Assembly (NCBI RefSeq): GCF_009914755.1 | Contig: NC_060945.1 | Direction: 5' to 3' (one strand) | Length of the DNA stretch: 64,000 nt | From: the human T2T-CHM13v2.0 reference genome, Homo sapiens | Made by a program: the position numbers and the translations under genes | Notes under the pieces: model-generated | Seen by the model: the letters and a program-made list of their open reading frames with translations, nothing else | Databases searched by the model: none | What the model was told of the DNA's origin: nothing | In this document: in pieces, positions 12,294 to 24,734 of the stretch | How the letters are laid out: every line of letters begins with the position of its first letter | How positions within the stretch are numbered: the stretch's first letter is position 1

Positions 12294-15200
12294 TTTTTCT
12301 CTTGTAAATTAAGTTCCTTATAGATTGCTGGTTATTGTGAGATGCATAGTTTGTGAAAAATTTCTCCCATTCTGTGGGTTGTCTGTTTACTCTGTGGACA
12401 GTTTCTTTTGCTCTTAAGTTGAATCAGATACCGTTTGTGAATTTTTGCTTTTGTTGTGATTGCTTTAGGTGTCTTTGTCATGAAATCTTTGCCTGTTCGT
12501 TTGTCCAGGATGGTACTGCCTAGATTGTCTTCCAGGGTTTTTATAGTTTTGGGTTGTACATTTACATGCTTTTAATTCATCTTAAGTTGATTTTTTTATA
12601 TGTTGTAAGGAAGGGTGCAGTTTTAATCTTCTGCATGTGGCTAGCCAGTTATCTCAGCATTATTTATTGAATAGGGAGTCTTTTTTCCATTGCTTGTTTT
12701 CATCAGCTTTGTCAAAGATCAGATAATCATAGCTGTGCAGCCTTGTTTCTGAGCTCTCTGTTCTGTTCCATTGGTCTATGTGCCTGTTTTTGTACTAGTA
12801 GCATGCTATTTTGGCTATTGTAGCCATGTAGTATAGTTTGAAGTCGGGTAACATGATGCCTCCAGTTTTGTTCTTTTTGCCTAGAATTGCCTTGGCTATT
12901 TGGGGTGTAAGTTCCATATGAATTTTAAAATTGATTTTTTGAGCTCTGTGATGAATGTCATTGGTAGTTTGATAGGAATAGCACTGAATCTGTAAGTTAC
13001 TTTGGCAAGTATGGCCATTTTAATAATATTGATTCTTCCTATCCATGATCGTAGGATGTTTCTCCACTTGTTTGTGTCTTCTCTGGTTTCTTTGAGCAGT
13101 GTTTTGTAATTCTCATTGTGGAGATATTTCACCTCCCTGGTTAACCGTATTCCTAGGAATTTTATTCTTTTTTGGTGACTTTAAATGGGATTACATTCCT
13201 GATTTGGCTATTGACTTTTTTGTTGTTGGTGTATAGGAATGCCAGTGATTTTTGTACATAGATTTTGTATCTGGAAACTTTTCTAAAGTTGTTTATCAGC
13301 TGTAGAAACTTTTGGGCTGAGACTATGGTGTTTTCTATACGTAGAATCATGTCATCTGCAAACAGGGATAGTTTGACTTCCTCTCTTCCTATTTGAATTC
13401 CTTTTATTTTTTTATCTTGCCTAATTCCTCTGGCTTGGACTTCCAATACTATGTTATATAGGAGTGATGAGTGATGCTATCCTTGTCTTGTGCCAGTTTT
13501 GCCCACTCAGAATGATGTTGGCTATGGTTTTGTCATAGATGTCTTTTATTATTTTGAGGTATGTTTCTTCAATACCCAGTTTATTGAGAGTTTTTTTAAC
13601 ATGAAGGAATGTTAAATTTTATCAAAAGCCTTTTCTGCATTTATTGAGATAATCATGTGGTTTTGGTCTTTAGTTCTCTTTATGTGAAGAAACACATTTA
13701 TTGACTTACATATGTTCAACCAGCCTTGCATCCCAGGGATAAAGCCTACACGATTATGGTGGATTAGCTTTTTGATGTGCTGCTGGATTGTGTTTGCAAG
13801 TATTTTGTTGAGAATTTTGCATCAATGTTCATCAAAAATATTGGCCTGACATTTTCTTTTTCTGCTGTGTTTCCGGCAGATTGTGGTATTGGGATGATGC
13901 TGGTGCTGGTCTCATAGAATGAGTTGGAGAGAAATTTTTCCTCCTCAATGTTTTAGAATAGTTTTCCGGTAGAAATGGTACCAGCTTTTTGTACGTCTGG
14001 TAGAATTTGGCTTTGACTCCATCAGATTCTGGGCTTTTTTTTTCTTTTTTTTTTTTGGTTGGTAGGCTTTTTATTGCTGATTCAATTTCAGAGCTCATTA
14101 TTGGTTTGTTCAGGGAATCAGTTGCTTTCTGGTTTAGTCTCCAGGGGGTGTATGTGTCCAGGAATGTACCCATCTCTTATAGGTTTTCTAGTTTGTGTGC
14201 ATAAAGATGTTTGCAGTAGTATCTTATGGTTACTTTTTATTTCTGTGCAGTCATTGGTAATATCCTCTTTGTCATTTCTAATTGTGTTTATTTGGATCTT
14301 TTCTACTTTATTGCTCTAGCTAGTAGTCTATTTAACACATTTTTTTTTCAATAAACCAATTCCTGGATCATTGATCTTTTGAATGGGTTTTTGTGTCTCA
14401 ATTTCCTTCAGTTCAGCTCTGAGTTTGGTTATTTCTTGTCTTCTGCTAGCTTTGGGTTTGAATTGCATTTCCTTCTCTAATTCTTTTAGTTGTGATGTTA
14501 GGTTGGTAATTTGATATCTATTTATCCTTTTGATGTGGGCATTTAGTGCTATGAATTTATCTGTTAATGCTGCCTTAGCTGTGTCTCAGAGATTCTGCTA
14601 TGTTGTATCTTTTTTCTCATTAGTTTTAAAGAACTTCTTGATTTCTGACTTAATTTCATTATTTACCCAAAAGTCATTTAAGAACATGTTGTTCAATGTC
14701 CATGTAATGACATGGTTTTGAAAGGTTTTCTTAGTCTTCTATGTTTAATGTGCTGTGGTCTGATATTATGTTTGGTGTGATTTCGGCTTTTACATTTGCT
14801 GAGGATTGTTTTATGTTCAATTATGTGGTCAGTTTTAGAGAATGTGCCATGTGACAATGAGAAGAATGTATATTCTGCTGTTTTTGGGTGGAGAGTTCTG
14901 TAGAGTTCTATCAGATATAGTTGATCCAATGTTGAGTTTGGGCCCTGAATAGCTTTGTAAATTTTCTGCCTTGATGATCTGTCTAATACTCTTGGTGAAA
15001 AGTTGAAGTCTCCCACTATTGTTGCGCATGAGTCTATGTCTCTTTGTATATCTCTAAAAACTTGCTTTATAAATTTGGGTGCTCCTGGGTTTGGTGGATA
15101 TGCATTTAGATACTTAGGTCTTCCTGTTGAATTGAACCCTCTATCATTATGTAATGCACTTTTTTGTCTTTTTTTTAATCCTTGATTGTTTAAAGTCTGT

Positions 15201-15420
15201 TTCATCTCACATTAGGAGTGCAACTCCTGCTCTTTTGTTTTCCATTTTCTTGGTAGGTTTTCCTTCAACTCTTGATTTTCAGCCTATGGATGACATTTCC
15301 TTTGAGATGGGTCTCATGATCACAGTATACCGTTGGGTCTTAATTTTTTATCCAGCTTTCCACCCTGTGCCTTTTAAGTGGGGGCATTTAGCCCATTTAT
15401 ATTCAAGGTTAGTACTGACA
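12293..15420 (-). mobile_element. Internal ~3.1 kb L1 ORF2 segment (old L1PA-like), lacking both the 5' end and the 3'UTR/polyA
   Basis: Minus-strand ORF2 peptides [84 protein letters not shown]; no poly-T at its left end. Confidence 0.95.
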
Positions 15421-15797
15421 TTCATTCATTCTTAAATTCACATTCTGCATCTTGTCACTACTAAAATATTTAAGCTTCATAGGAAATTTCAATGATTTAA
15501 AAGGTGAAAAGACTTGAAACTTCTATTATATGTTTCTTGGGCAAGACCTGGTCTTTGAGATAAAATCTTTTGACTGCTCTCTGCAAATGCTCCTATAAGC
15601 AATAGATATATACATAAAAATACGTGTTTATTTTTCCTTCATGCTGCTCACAGATCATAGTACAAATTGCCAACACATCATTTATGTCTTTATCTGTACT
15701 CACTGGTATAGCCACAACTGAACCTGAGAGAATACTGTAGGTGTTTAGTTTCCCATGTTATTCATCAACCTGTCTGCCTGGAAGAAGAAACTCATTG

Positions 15798-15801
<4 letters not shown>

Positions 15802-15837
<36 letters not shown>
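15802..15837 (+). repeat. Perfect poly(A)36 tract not attached to a recognisable retroposon
   Basis: 36 uninterrupted A's counted directly. Confidence 0.95.
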
Positions 15838-15839
<2 letters not shown>

Positions 15840-16681
15840 TCAGTTTTTCAGACCTCCAGTGAGACAAAATATCAAGTTCACAAAATTCCAGCAATGTAAA
15901 TTAGCAATTTCTCCAGCACCTCCTGTTCCACAATAATAAGCACTCAGGGGAGTTCATAAGTGTTCTCAGAAAATAAATGGGAGGTTGGTGACTTCTACAT
16001 AAAATCTGCTGTTACTTAGAAAATGCAATTTAGTTAAAAATAGTATTCAGTGACTTAGGACTTAGGGACACATTTAGCCTAAACTAATTTAAAATACTTA
16101 TTTCAATCTAGGGTAAATATGGTAGGTTAAAGAGTAATTCAAAAGGTTTAATTTTCCTCTATAATGTAACACAAATATTTTTAGACTACATTGAAACAAT
16201 TAAACTCAAATGAAAATTCTCTTTAAGATTTTATTAAACAAAGCAGAGAAGGAGGGAAGAAGGGAAAGAGGAAAAAAGGACTTAAGTTTATCTTAAACAA
16301 GATAGACTTGTTTAAGGCTTGCTGTATATCTTAAACAAAATGCTAGTTGTATATTGTTTGCTTTATAAATCATACAGGAACTGAATCAGGTAATAATTAG
16401 AGAGTTTTTTCTACACAATCCAAGCACTAAATGATCTTATTTGTATTGATCATGTCCAAAGAGAAGCTGCTACAATCTTTTCTTATTTTCATTACTTCTC
16501 ATGTGTCTGGGAGAAATAAAAATTAATCAAGGGTAAATTAGAAGGTTAGCAGCTCCAATACATACTTTGAAATTCATTGAAAATACTTCATTCTTTCATC
16601 ACTGAGCAATAAAAAATAGTTTGTGGACTGGCAATGATTTAAATAATTTCTCTCATAAGTAATAGTCCTTCACGTTCTACC

Positions 16682-17092
16682 TATGATGGCTGATTTTATG
16701 TGTCAACTTGAGTGGGCTAAGGGATACCCAGAATGCTGACAAAACATTGTTTCTGGGTGTGTCTGTGAGGATGTTTCCAGAAGAAAATAGCATTTCAATA
16801 AGTAGACGAAGACCTACCCTCACCAATGTCAGTGAGCATCCTGCAGTCTTTGAGGTTCCATATAGAATGTGAAAACAGAGAGGAAAAAAAAAAGGGAATT
16901 TGCTCTTGAGCTGAGACATCTATCTTCTCCTGCCTTTGGACATGAAAGCTCCTGATTCTTGGCCTTTAGACTCAGACTGAATTATAGGACCAGATTTCCT
17001 GTTTGTCCTGTTTGCAAATGGAATATTGTTGGAACTTCTCAGCCTCAATAACTATGTCAGACAATTCCCATAATATATACCATTTTATTCAT

Positions 17093-17146
<54 letters not shown>

Positions 17147-17182
17147 GCTATTAGTTCTTTTCCTCTGCGGAATCCTGCTACA
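16682..17182 (+). mobile_element. ERVL solo LTR, MLT2D-like, with internal (TA)n at 17095-17139
   Basis: Starts tatgatggctgattttatgtgtcaacttgagtgggctaaggg and ends ggaatcctgctaca; candidate 5-bp TSD ctacc/gtacc (4 of 5 match). Confidence 0.9.
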
Positions 17183-18107
17183 GTACCTGAAGACAATATT
17201 TTAATGGATTTTTCAAAACTTTCATAGTGAAAAAGAAAAATAAACTATATTGACAAAACTTTTCTATTGAAGAACTCCTAGAACTGATGCATTGATAAGA
17301 ATGTTATTTTAAATGTGAAAGAATATATTTTTGCTTATTTGAAAATACTTTAAGAAAGCATTTTTTAAAAAGCAGAGACATATTTAATTTGTATTACTTT
17401 AAACATTTGTAAACTCTGTTTAAAAATTCCCCAAAACCAAACAGGAAAAGGATATTTAATAATAAAGAAAATTTTAAATCTTTCATGTATTTCAGGTGTC
17501 ATTAGCTAAATTTTTGTAGAATAGTTGGACACCTTCTAAGATAAAAAATTTATTGCCTTCTCACTTGTGTAAGTAATAAAACAACCCAAGAAAGATAAAT
17601 CATAGTATATCTTAATCAGATAAACAATATCTTTATATATCACAAGCAAACTTTCTAACTTTTAATCTTTTATCCATAAGTTGTTCACACTTTGTATTTT
17701 TAAATTTGATATTTTGTATCCAAAGTACATCTTTATAATATTTATCATTTACTTATTTGTTGTCTAAATAAAATAAAATGTAATAATTTCAAGGAATTAC
17801 TTATACCAAAGCCTTACAACTGTTTGAAAGGGAAATTTTTATAATCTTTCTGGATTCTACCCATGGTCTTCAAATAATGAAATATAACATGTTTTCATGT
17901 GTAAGGATAGAGTTGGCCTTATGTTATCTGTGGTTGTGCTATCTTATCTTTAGAGAAGTCGGGAACCATGGTACTACACGTGGCCAAGAGAAGTATTAAA
18001 TGTACTAAATATTGATTTCTTATGTGCTATCTATGGTCCATCCAAATCTTCCTGGGAGACACGTACTAGGTTGGTTACATCATTATTAAAAATATACAGA
18101 TTGACAT

Positions 18108-18148
18108 CATATATATATATATATATATATATGTGTATATATATATAT
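18108..18148. repeat. (TA)n microsatellite
   Basis: Read directly from the sequence. Confidence 0.95.
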
Positions 18149-18259
18149 TTCAATTTATATAGCCTGGTTTTAGCTGCATGACAGTAAAGTATAAAAGACC
18201 CCCTGCGAACGTGTGCTCAAAGTATCTCACACATATCTTAGTGATACTTTTCACACATT

Positions 18260-18365
18260 CCACTTTATCTTTGTCTAGTCCTTTGTAAGCTCTATGAATC
18301 CTTTCAATATCCAATCCTGTATAATGCCTATTATACAGTTGGCACTGTGAACAGGATGAATGAAA
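18260..18365 (+). mobile_element. LINE-2 3' remnant
   Basis: tgtaagctctatga...tataatgcctattatacagttggcactgtgaacaggatgaatgaa. Confidence 0.4.
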
Positions 18366-18934
18366 TTACGTTTGATACAAGTTTGTTTCCTAAGTTACTC
18401 AAGCTGATGGGAAGAGAACATATTAGTGAACTGTCAATCAAAAATTTTGTATTTTAGATTCTTTAAGCTGTTTAGGGATCATTAACAGGAAAAAAAAAAA
18501 CCTACAAACAAACGAACAAAAAAACTGCAAGGCTGTCAGTGAACATTTTGTAAAATACGAGACATTATTCCAGAAGGAAGTAAGAAAGCCACACCACTCT
18601 TTGATAGTAAGAGGAATTCTTTTTCTGAGGATGCAAAATAAAGAAAAGACTAGCAAATTAGGATTGTTCTAGGACAATATTAACATATACCTTAGTTTCA
18701 CATCTTTGACCATATTCTACATGTTTGGCTAAAAGAGACTCCAACTGCTTGGCCTCTTTCTGAACCTACTATTAAGAGGAAAGGATAATGTGAGGCAGGC
18801 TAGTATGGACCTGTTTACTCCAATTTCATCAAATGGAGCTTAATGATCAGAAAATACTTAAAATTATTTATAAGAAAGAAGACAAGATTAAAATGATCAA
18901 TAACTTTGAGACAATAAAACCAGTGAAAGTGTTC

Positions 18935-19072
18935 ATATAGTTCACTTGAAATAAAGAAAGTAATCCTAAAATTTATAAGGAATCACATGAAAAAACAAAG
19001 AGCCAAAGCAATCTTGAGCAAGAGTAAAACTGTAAGCATCTCAATTCCTGATTTCAAAATATATGACAAAGC
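18935..19072 (+). mobile_element. Old L1M ORF2 fragment
   Basis: aatcctaaaatttataaggaatcac...agccaaagcaatcttgagcaagag...cctgatttcaaaatatatgacaaagc. Confidence 0.7.
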
Positions 19073-19345
19073 CAAACAAACACAGAAACAAATAAACAAA
19101 TCCTGCATGTTCTGACTTATAAGTAAGAGCTGAAAAATAAGAACACATGGACATGGGGAGGGGAAAAACACACACTAGGGCTTGTGAGGTGGGCAGTGGG
19201 GAGGGAGAGCATCAGAATAAATAGCTAATGCGTGCTGGCCTTAATACCTAGGTGATGGGTTGATAGGTGCGGCAAACCACCATAGCACACGTTTACCTAT
19301 GCAACAAACCTACACATCCTCCACATGTATTCCAGAACTTAAAGT
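19073..19345 (+). mobile_element. 5'-truncated L1 3' end, L1PA13-like
   Basis: gggagagcatcagaataaatagctaatgcgtgctggccttaatacctaggtgatgggttgataggtgcggcaaaccaccatagcacacgtttacctatg. Confidence 0.85.
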
Positions 19346-19542
19346 TATACATGTATATATACATATATATGAAATATTCATATAGTTTTAATTTATTTTT
19401 ACTTTTTATATATTATAGCTTTGTTATAAGTTACTGTAATAAGAACAGGTTGTTTATCACATCAGACTCTTGGAGATAACATACCGAAACCAGGTGTAGC
19501 TCTCAAACACCTAAAATGATTTTATTCGAAAACATGGCCTTG

Positions 19543-19747
19543 CAATAATAGATACTGGGGACTGCTAGGAGGGGGAGGGAGGAAGGGAAGGAAGGCTTGA
19601 CAAACTACTGGGTACCATGCTCAGTATCTGAGGGACAGGATCAATCATACACCAAGCTTCAGCATCATGCAATATACCAAGGGAACAAACCTGAACCTGT
19701 AACCCCTAAATGTAAAATAGAAGTTGAAATTATTAAAAAAATAAAAA
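19543..19747 (+). mobile_element. 5'-truncated L1 3' end, L1PA16/L1PB4-like
   Basis: ggggactgctaggagggggaggga...gggtaccatgctcagtatctgagggacaggatcaatcatacaccaagcttcagcatcatgcaatatacc...aagttgaaattattaaaaaa. Confidence 0.85.
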
Positions 19748-20229
19748 GCAGCCATGGATGATGACATGATTTATGACCTAAGTGATATGTTGAGATAAAT
19801 CCTGAGATACAATGGGCTTAAAATATCACTGTGTGTCCAACTTATCATCATTGCAAATTTTTTTTTGAGAGCAGAAGGCATAGTCAAAATAAAAAATATG
19901 TAGCAAACTAAAATCAATTTTAGTTTAGGAATTATTTGGTGAGTTCACAACAGCCCCAATATTCTCTGAGTGTGCTTATGGAAAGTTCTTTGGGAAAATC
20001 CAAGTAAACTATATTTGGAAATTCTTGAGGCCAAGATATATACTCAATATGACTGGGGCCAAGATATATACTCAAACTGTAATGAATTAATAAAATCAAT
20101 GACAACAACAAAATTGATCAAAGGAGGGGAGGAAATATTTTGCTAGTGATTTACAATAGCTCACTAATGTCCAAAACTCCTCTGGAAGCATTTTGTACAA
20201 GTTTGTCTACATTATTTCTTTAAAAATGC

Positions 20230-20585
20230 CTAGATTGATTATTTACACCTGACTTATGTGGTTACACAGACTAAGTTTAGGTATGTGGAGAATAAAAAAG
20301 AAAAGCAGGCAGTGGAGAAAAGAAAAGTGGGTGAAAATGCCCCTCAGTAAACATGTGAAAAGCTATGTTGGGTATATATCTTGGTGCTTGACAATCCTAG
20401 GAGAAAGCATGACCTCTGCCACTGAGAACGGACCCTGAAAGCTTTAACTAGATGTTTTGGATGCGTTTGATATTTGCATGTTTGCAGGTGTTTGCTTTCT
20501 CCTGCTAAAGCATGCTATTTGCCTTTATTAAAGTTTTATGTAAGTAATACCTGGAGTCTTGTGAATCCCTTTGACTCTCATGTTT
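20230..20585 (+). mobile_element. Possible old LTR (MER21/MER68/MER77-like architecture)
   Basis: gacctctgccactgagaacggaccctgaaagcttt...attaaagtttta...ggagtcttgtgaatccc resembles this LTR group's R/U5 region. Confidence 0.3.
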
Positions 20586-21024
20586 TATAAAACTTCTTCA
20601 TCTTACAAAATTCACTTCTTATACTCTATTGTTCTTTTGTATTTTGGAAATATTTTTGGTATTTTGAAGTTATTTGTTGTATAATACAAAAGTATTAATG
20701 TAAACACTCGGAAAAGCACAAGATATAACAAATGATCTATGCTCTTGGTTTTCATAGAACCAGATAAGAATAGGACATCAGTGTGATGTATGAAAGAAGG
20801 AGTGGTATTGGAAGCTGTCTATCCTGTTTTTGGTAATGAAAGGGTATGTTATGAGGAGAGAAGTTTAAAAAATAATAAAAGTTACTCTTATTTTTATTAT
20901 TATTCTTCTTTTTAATACTGTACGTTTTTCTGCTTTTTATTACTCTATAAATAACAATGTTAAATAATGTTTATGATAAATTACTCCTTCCTGTTGGAAT
21001 TGCCCTAACTCCCACATGGCACGC

Positions 21025-21712
21025 CATTAGATTCTAGTCCAGCCTTTGAAATTTATTTAATTAGTCATGTCACCTTAAGTCATTTTTACTCCCTGGAATC
21101 TCAGTTTCTCTATGTATTGTAGGGAAGACAAAATTTTACCTCTACACTTTTAGGATTTTTCAGCTGGGCCTCAAAATTAAATTAATGTAAGACAAATCAA
21201 CAGGAGAAAAGCATAGAAATGTATTTAATATAAGTTTTACATGACATGGGAGCCCTTGTAAGGAAATGGAAGACCAAAGGAAACAGAGTCAAACACTTAC
21301 ATTCTCAATTAGAAAAAGAAGATACATTGTGAAAATTTGATAAGACAAAGGGCTTGGTCCAGGATACGTAACTGGGGAGAGAAGTGCCTGGGAAGATATG
21401 GGTTGTTGGCACAGATTTCCCTTAGTCTCAACTTCTCATTCTTGATGTTAAGAATGTTACTTTCCTCGTTGTATAGGGAGGGCAACTTTCAAATAGGAAT
21501 GTCATCTAGCTGCTTTTAAGAAACAGAATGAAGGTCAAAGTGAGCTTTCTGCACCTGCTATTTTTCAAGTTTCTTTGCTTCAAAATAATTCTTATGCTGA
21601 AGTGACTTATTTGAGGGTGGTGTGTTCTGAACTCCTGCAGCATGAAATTAGGAAGTTGAAACAAGAAGATGTTGAGGACTCTTCATACTCAAGCATACTA
21701 AAATTGTGTTAC
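21025..21712 (+). mobile_element. MIR3-like SINE split by an LTR (halves ~21025-21117 and ~21640-21712)
   Basis: Core (caccttaagtcatttttactccctggaatctcagtttctc) on the left; 3' half (gaaattaggaagttgaaacaagaagatgttgaggactcttc) on the right. Confidence 0.6.
21118..21639 (-). mobile_element. ERV1 solo LTR, MER34/MER39 group
   Basis: TG...CA termini; reverse strand begins tgcaggagttcagaacacaccaccctcaaataagtcacttcagcataagaattattttgaagc; 4-bp TSD gtat/gcat. Confidence 0.8.
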
Positions 21713-24700
21713 AAACCTCAAGTATGTCCAACAGATGCAACAGAATGCTGGAAAAAGTATTTTATTCATGACTGCATATCAATGTTGTATTACTAAATAA
21801 CTTAATAACCTAAGGTCTACACTTTGAAGGTGTTAATATTTTCAAGCCACATTTAAAATAAATAAAAACGCAAGTTACATAAAAAAATGAGTCCTCAATT
21901 TTAGGGGTTGAGTTCTGTGCTGAGTGATGAGGGACCCCATGATGTATAACAGACAACCACTATGTTATCTGTCCATATTGTTGACAGAGATAAAAGTCCA
22001 TCTTCCATGTGCATTTTAATATAAAAGTGATAAGCATAGAAAATGTCAAGTTAAATATAACACTGGTATTTAATTATGTGAAAGTTTTATTTCCTGTTGA
22101 CTTTAGCCAGGTAGAAAATAATGGTACAAATTGGAGGGAATTTTTAAATATGAATCTGGAAAATTTTACTTAGAATATTCATTTTTATGTGCTATACAAA
22201 AGTTGCCTTTAATTATAGATGTACTTATCTTTTGCTTTAGAGTTTTAAATATTGGCTCATTTAGCTTGTTTGGTTTTCTTGATATAAATATATAAACCAG
22301 AGCATATCAACAAATTCTGCAGGATCTCTCCTATACACAGGTTAACAGATTTTGTTTTGTAAAACTCGTTTTGAGAATCTTGTACAAAAATTTCCGAGTG
22401 TTTTATTGTTCCAAATTTACCAGAGACTAAATGTTCAAAAGTAAGTGATAAACAATTAAACCTGTGTTTTCTTTTTATCCATTGATTTAAAAAAACAAAT
22501 TGCTTTTTGAATTATTTTAGACAGAATTATCATTGCTTTTTTAAATAATGTTAAAATCCAGTTTGATGGCTTATACAGCATTTCTATTAATATGAGTATA
22601 ATAGAAAATCATTTTTAATACAGCAGAAAAAAAAGTCAGTTAAGACATTTCCTGTGACAAATGGAGAATAACTCCAGTTTGATATTTGTAGTCAATTTCA
22701 AACATCTACATAACTTTTCATTTGTTTCTTATTTTTTGAGGTATTTGTATTCAATTCAGTTTCTAATATGTCTTTCTATAAAACCTAACAGCACTGAAAT
22801 AAGTTTTCCATTAGAAAATTATTTAAAGATGGAAATCTTAAAAGAAAGTCAACTTTCTCTCTTCACCCTTAGCTTATCAACTCTTTTTGGTAGTGACGTG
22901 AATTTAATTATATTATTAGGAGGTTATGTGTTGAGATTTTTGTCTATTATTTGTCTTAATCATTAAATAGTCTTCTTGGTGTCAGATTTTTCGCCAAGTA
23001 TCAGAACTATTTCTGTAAGAAAAAAAATTACGATTAGAGGCATTTAAGGGTTGGAATTAAGTTTCAGAGATTTTATCACCTTTGAATCACAAAGCACAGG
23101 AATTTAATAAAAAATGCTTTGTTCTAATGTGAATGGAATTTTAAGTAATTCATCACTGAGTGAAAATAAATTTCTTTCTTTTTTTCTTTTTGATGATAGT
23201 AAACCAGTACTCAAACATCCCCATATAGCTGTTTAATATATTTCAGAGATTTAAAAAAACTCTCCTACCTGAGAAATTTTTCCTATGTCTCTAACATAGA
23301 CATAAATGCTTCATTTAGATGGAATTATCTTTTTTTCTTCAAAGAAATGAATTTTATATTAATACCACTTACATGTTACTGACAGGTCTGTAGTAGTTTT
23401 ATCTTTCACTAATTCAGGTTCTTTAAGCATTTCTCCATATACCTTCGCTAGAACCTTGTCCCAATTTTCGCTGATCAATTTACTCATGATTCCGGGTCAA
23501 CACTAAGTAATTAAGAAATTAACTAACTATTTTGTATTTAAAAGCAAATCTATTTTTTAATAGGATTTTTTTCCCGTTAAATTGGTTTTCATTTGATAAA
23601 ATATTCACCTTACCAACACTTCTCTCTTTTATATGTGTTTTTTTTTTTTTTACTTTGAGGTAATAGCCTAATTATTATGTAATAATTTTAAGTATTTTTA
23701 TGTCAATACCATGAGGGGGAACCTGTGATGAGTTATATCAAAATGTTAGTAAAATAAGTTTATGTTTATGTATAAAAGGACTACAAATGTAAACAATAAT
23801 TTTATTAGGTATAAAAATGTAGATTTTATCTGTTGGGAAAGAATAAGAGAAAATATCTGTATACTTTAACGTTAGCATCCTAATGCTTAAAGCTTGGAAT
23901 CATTTGGGGAGCCTGTGCTGAACACACTTTCAGAATATAAAACCGTAATTTTAACACATTCATATTTGAAATTGAGCCAGCACCTCTGATTCTGTTATTT
24001 TTTTGCAAATTAGTGTGCTTATATCTTAGCAGTTGAGACATGCACATTTCTTATTCACTTCTAGTATGAGGATTAGAGCAAATTCTAGTTGAAAATTTCA
24101 CATAATGACAACTATAAGAACTAATTATCTAATACGCTTTTTTTTTTCTTGCCAGTTAAAGCCTGGGCCATTATGTTATCTGATGGGTACTTTAATTAGA
24201 GGCAGACTTATTAATAAAATTTAATGGCTATCATATAGGCAGGCCATAAAAAGCTAGCTATTATTGAAAATAAGACATTCAGCATTACAAATACTAAGAC
24301 TAATTTTATTCTAATGCTGTGTTTCTTGTTTTTGATATTCTTTACAATTGGCCTAAAACTTTTATCAACAAAATAGAGACTTAGAAAATACATTACTTGT
24401 AATGTCACCAAAAATCTGCAAAAACGAACTTTCCACCTTTGAACCAGACACATCTTTAACATTACCATAAAAATATAGAGAAGAAAATTATTCCCAATCT
24501 GAAACCAACTTCATTAATACAATAGCATCAAACCTAAGATAACAACTGAGAGATTAGCTCTGCTAACCTTTCAATGTTCAAAAAACTTCAGTTTAAGCAG
24601 AAACCTACCTATTTATTTTCAATATTTCCTACATGTTATGCTTCCTAACTCAACTTCTAAATCAAAGTTGTAACAGGCATATAACATCGGGTTTAAAAAC

Positions 24701-24734
24701 ATAAGCACATTTAATTGAAATTAGACTATATGAT

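Noticed and set aside
14693-15205. Longest ORF (170 aa, minus strand)
   Set aside because: It is a frameshifted piece of the L1 ORF2 endonuclease domain, not a host gene.
1600-15420. Large inverted L1 pair (L1PB + versus L1PA -) as a hairpin or recombination substrate
   Set aside because: Different, heavily diverged subfamilies more than 6 kb apart; an ordinary arrangement in L1-rich DNA.
12010-15837. A single polyadenylated retrocopy spanning MST-int, antisense L1 and poly(A)36
   Set aside because: A pure A36 tail implies youth and hence a clean TSD, but the sequence after the tail (cttcagtttttc) has no match upstream of 12010, and there is no polyA signal.
17496-17568. Additional AG...GTAAGT exon-like pairs (also ~33692-33747 on minus and ~43778-43793)
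   Set aside because: Motif-only, with stops or weak acceptors and no compositional support; I could not assemble a coherent gene model.
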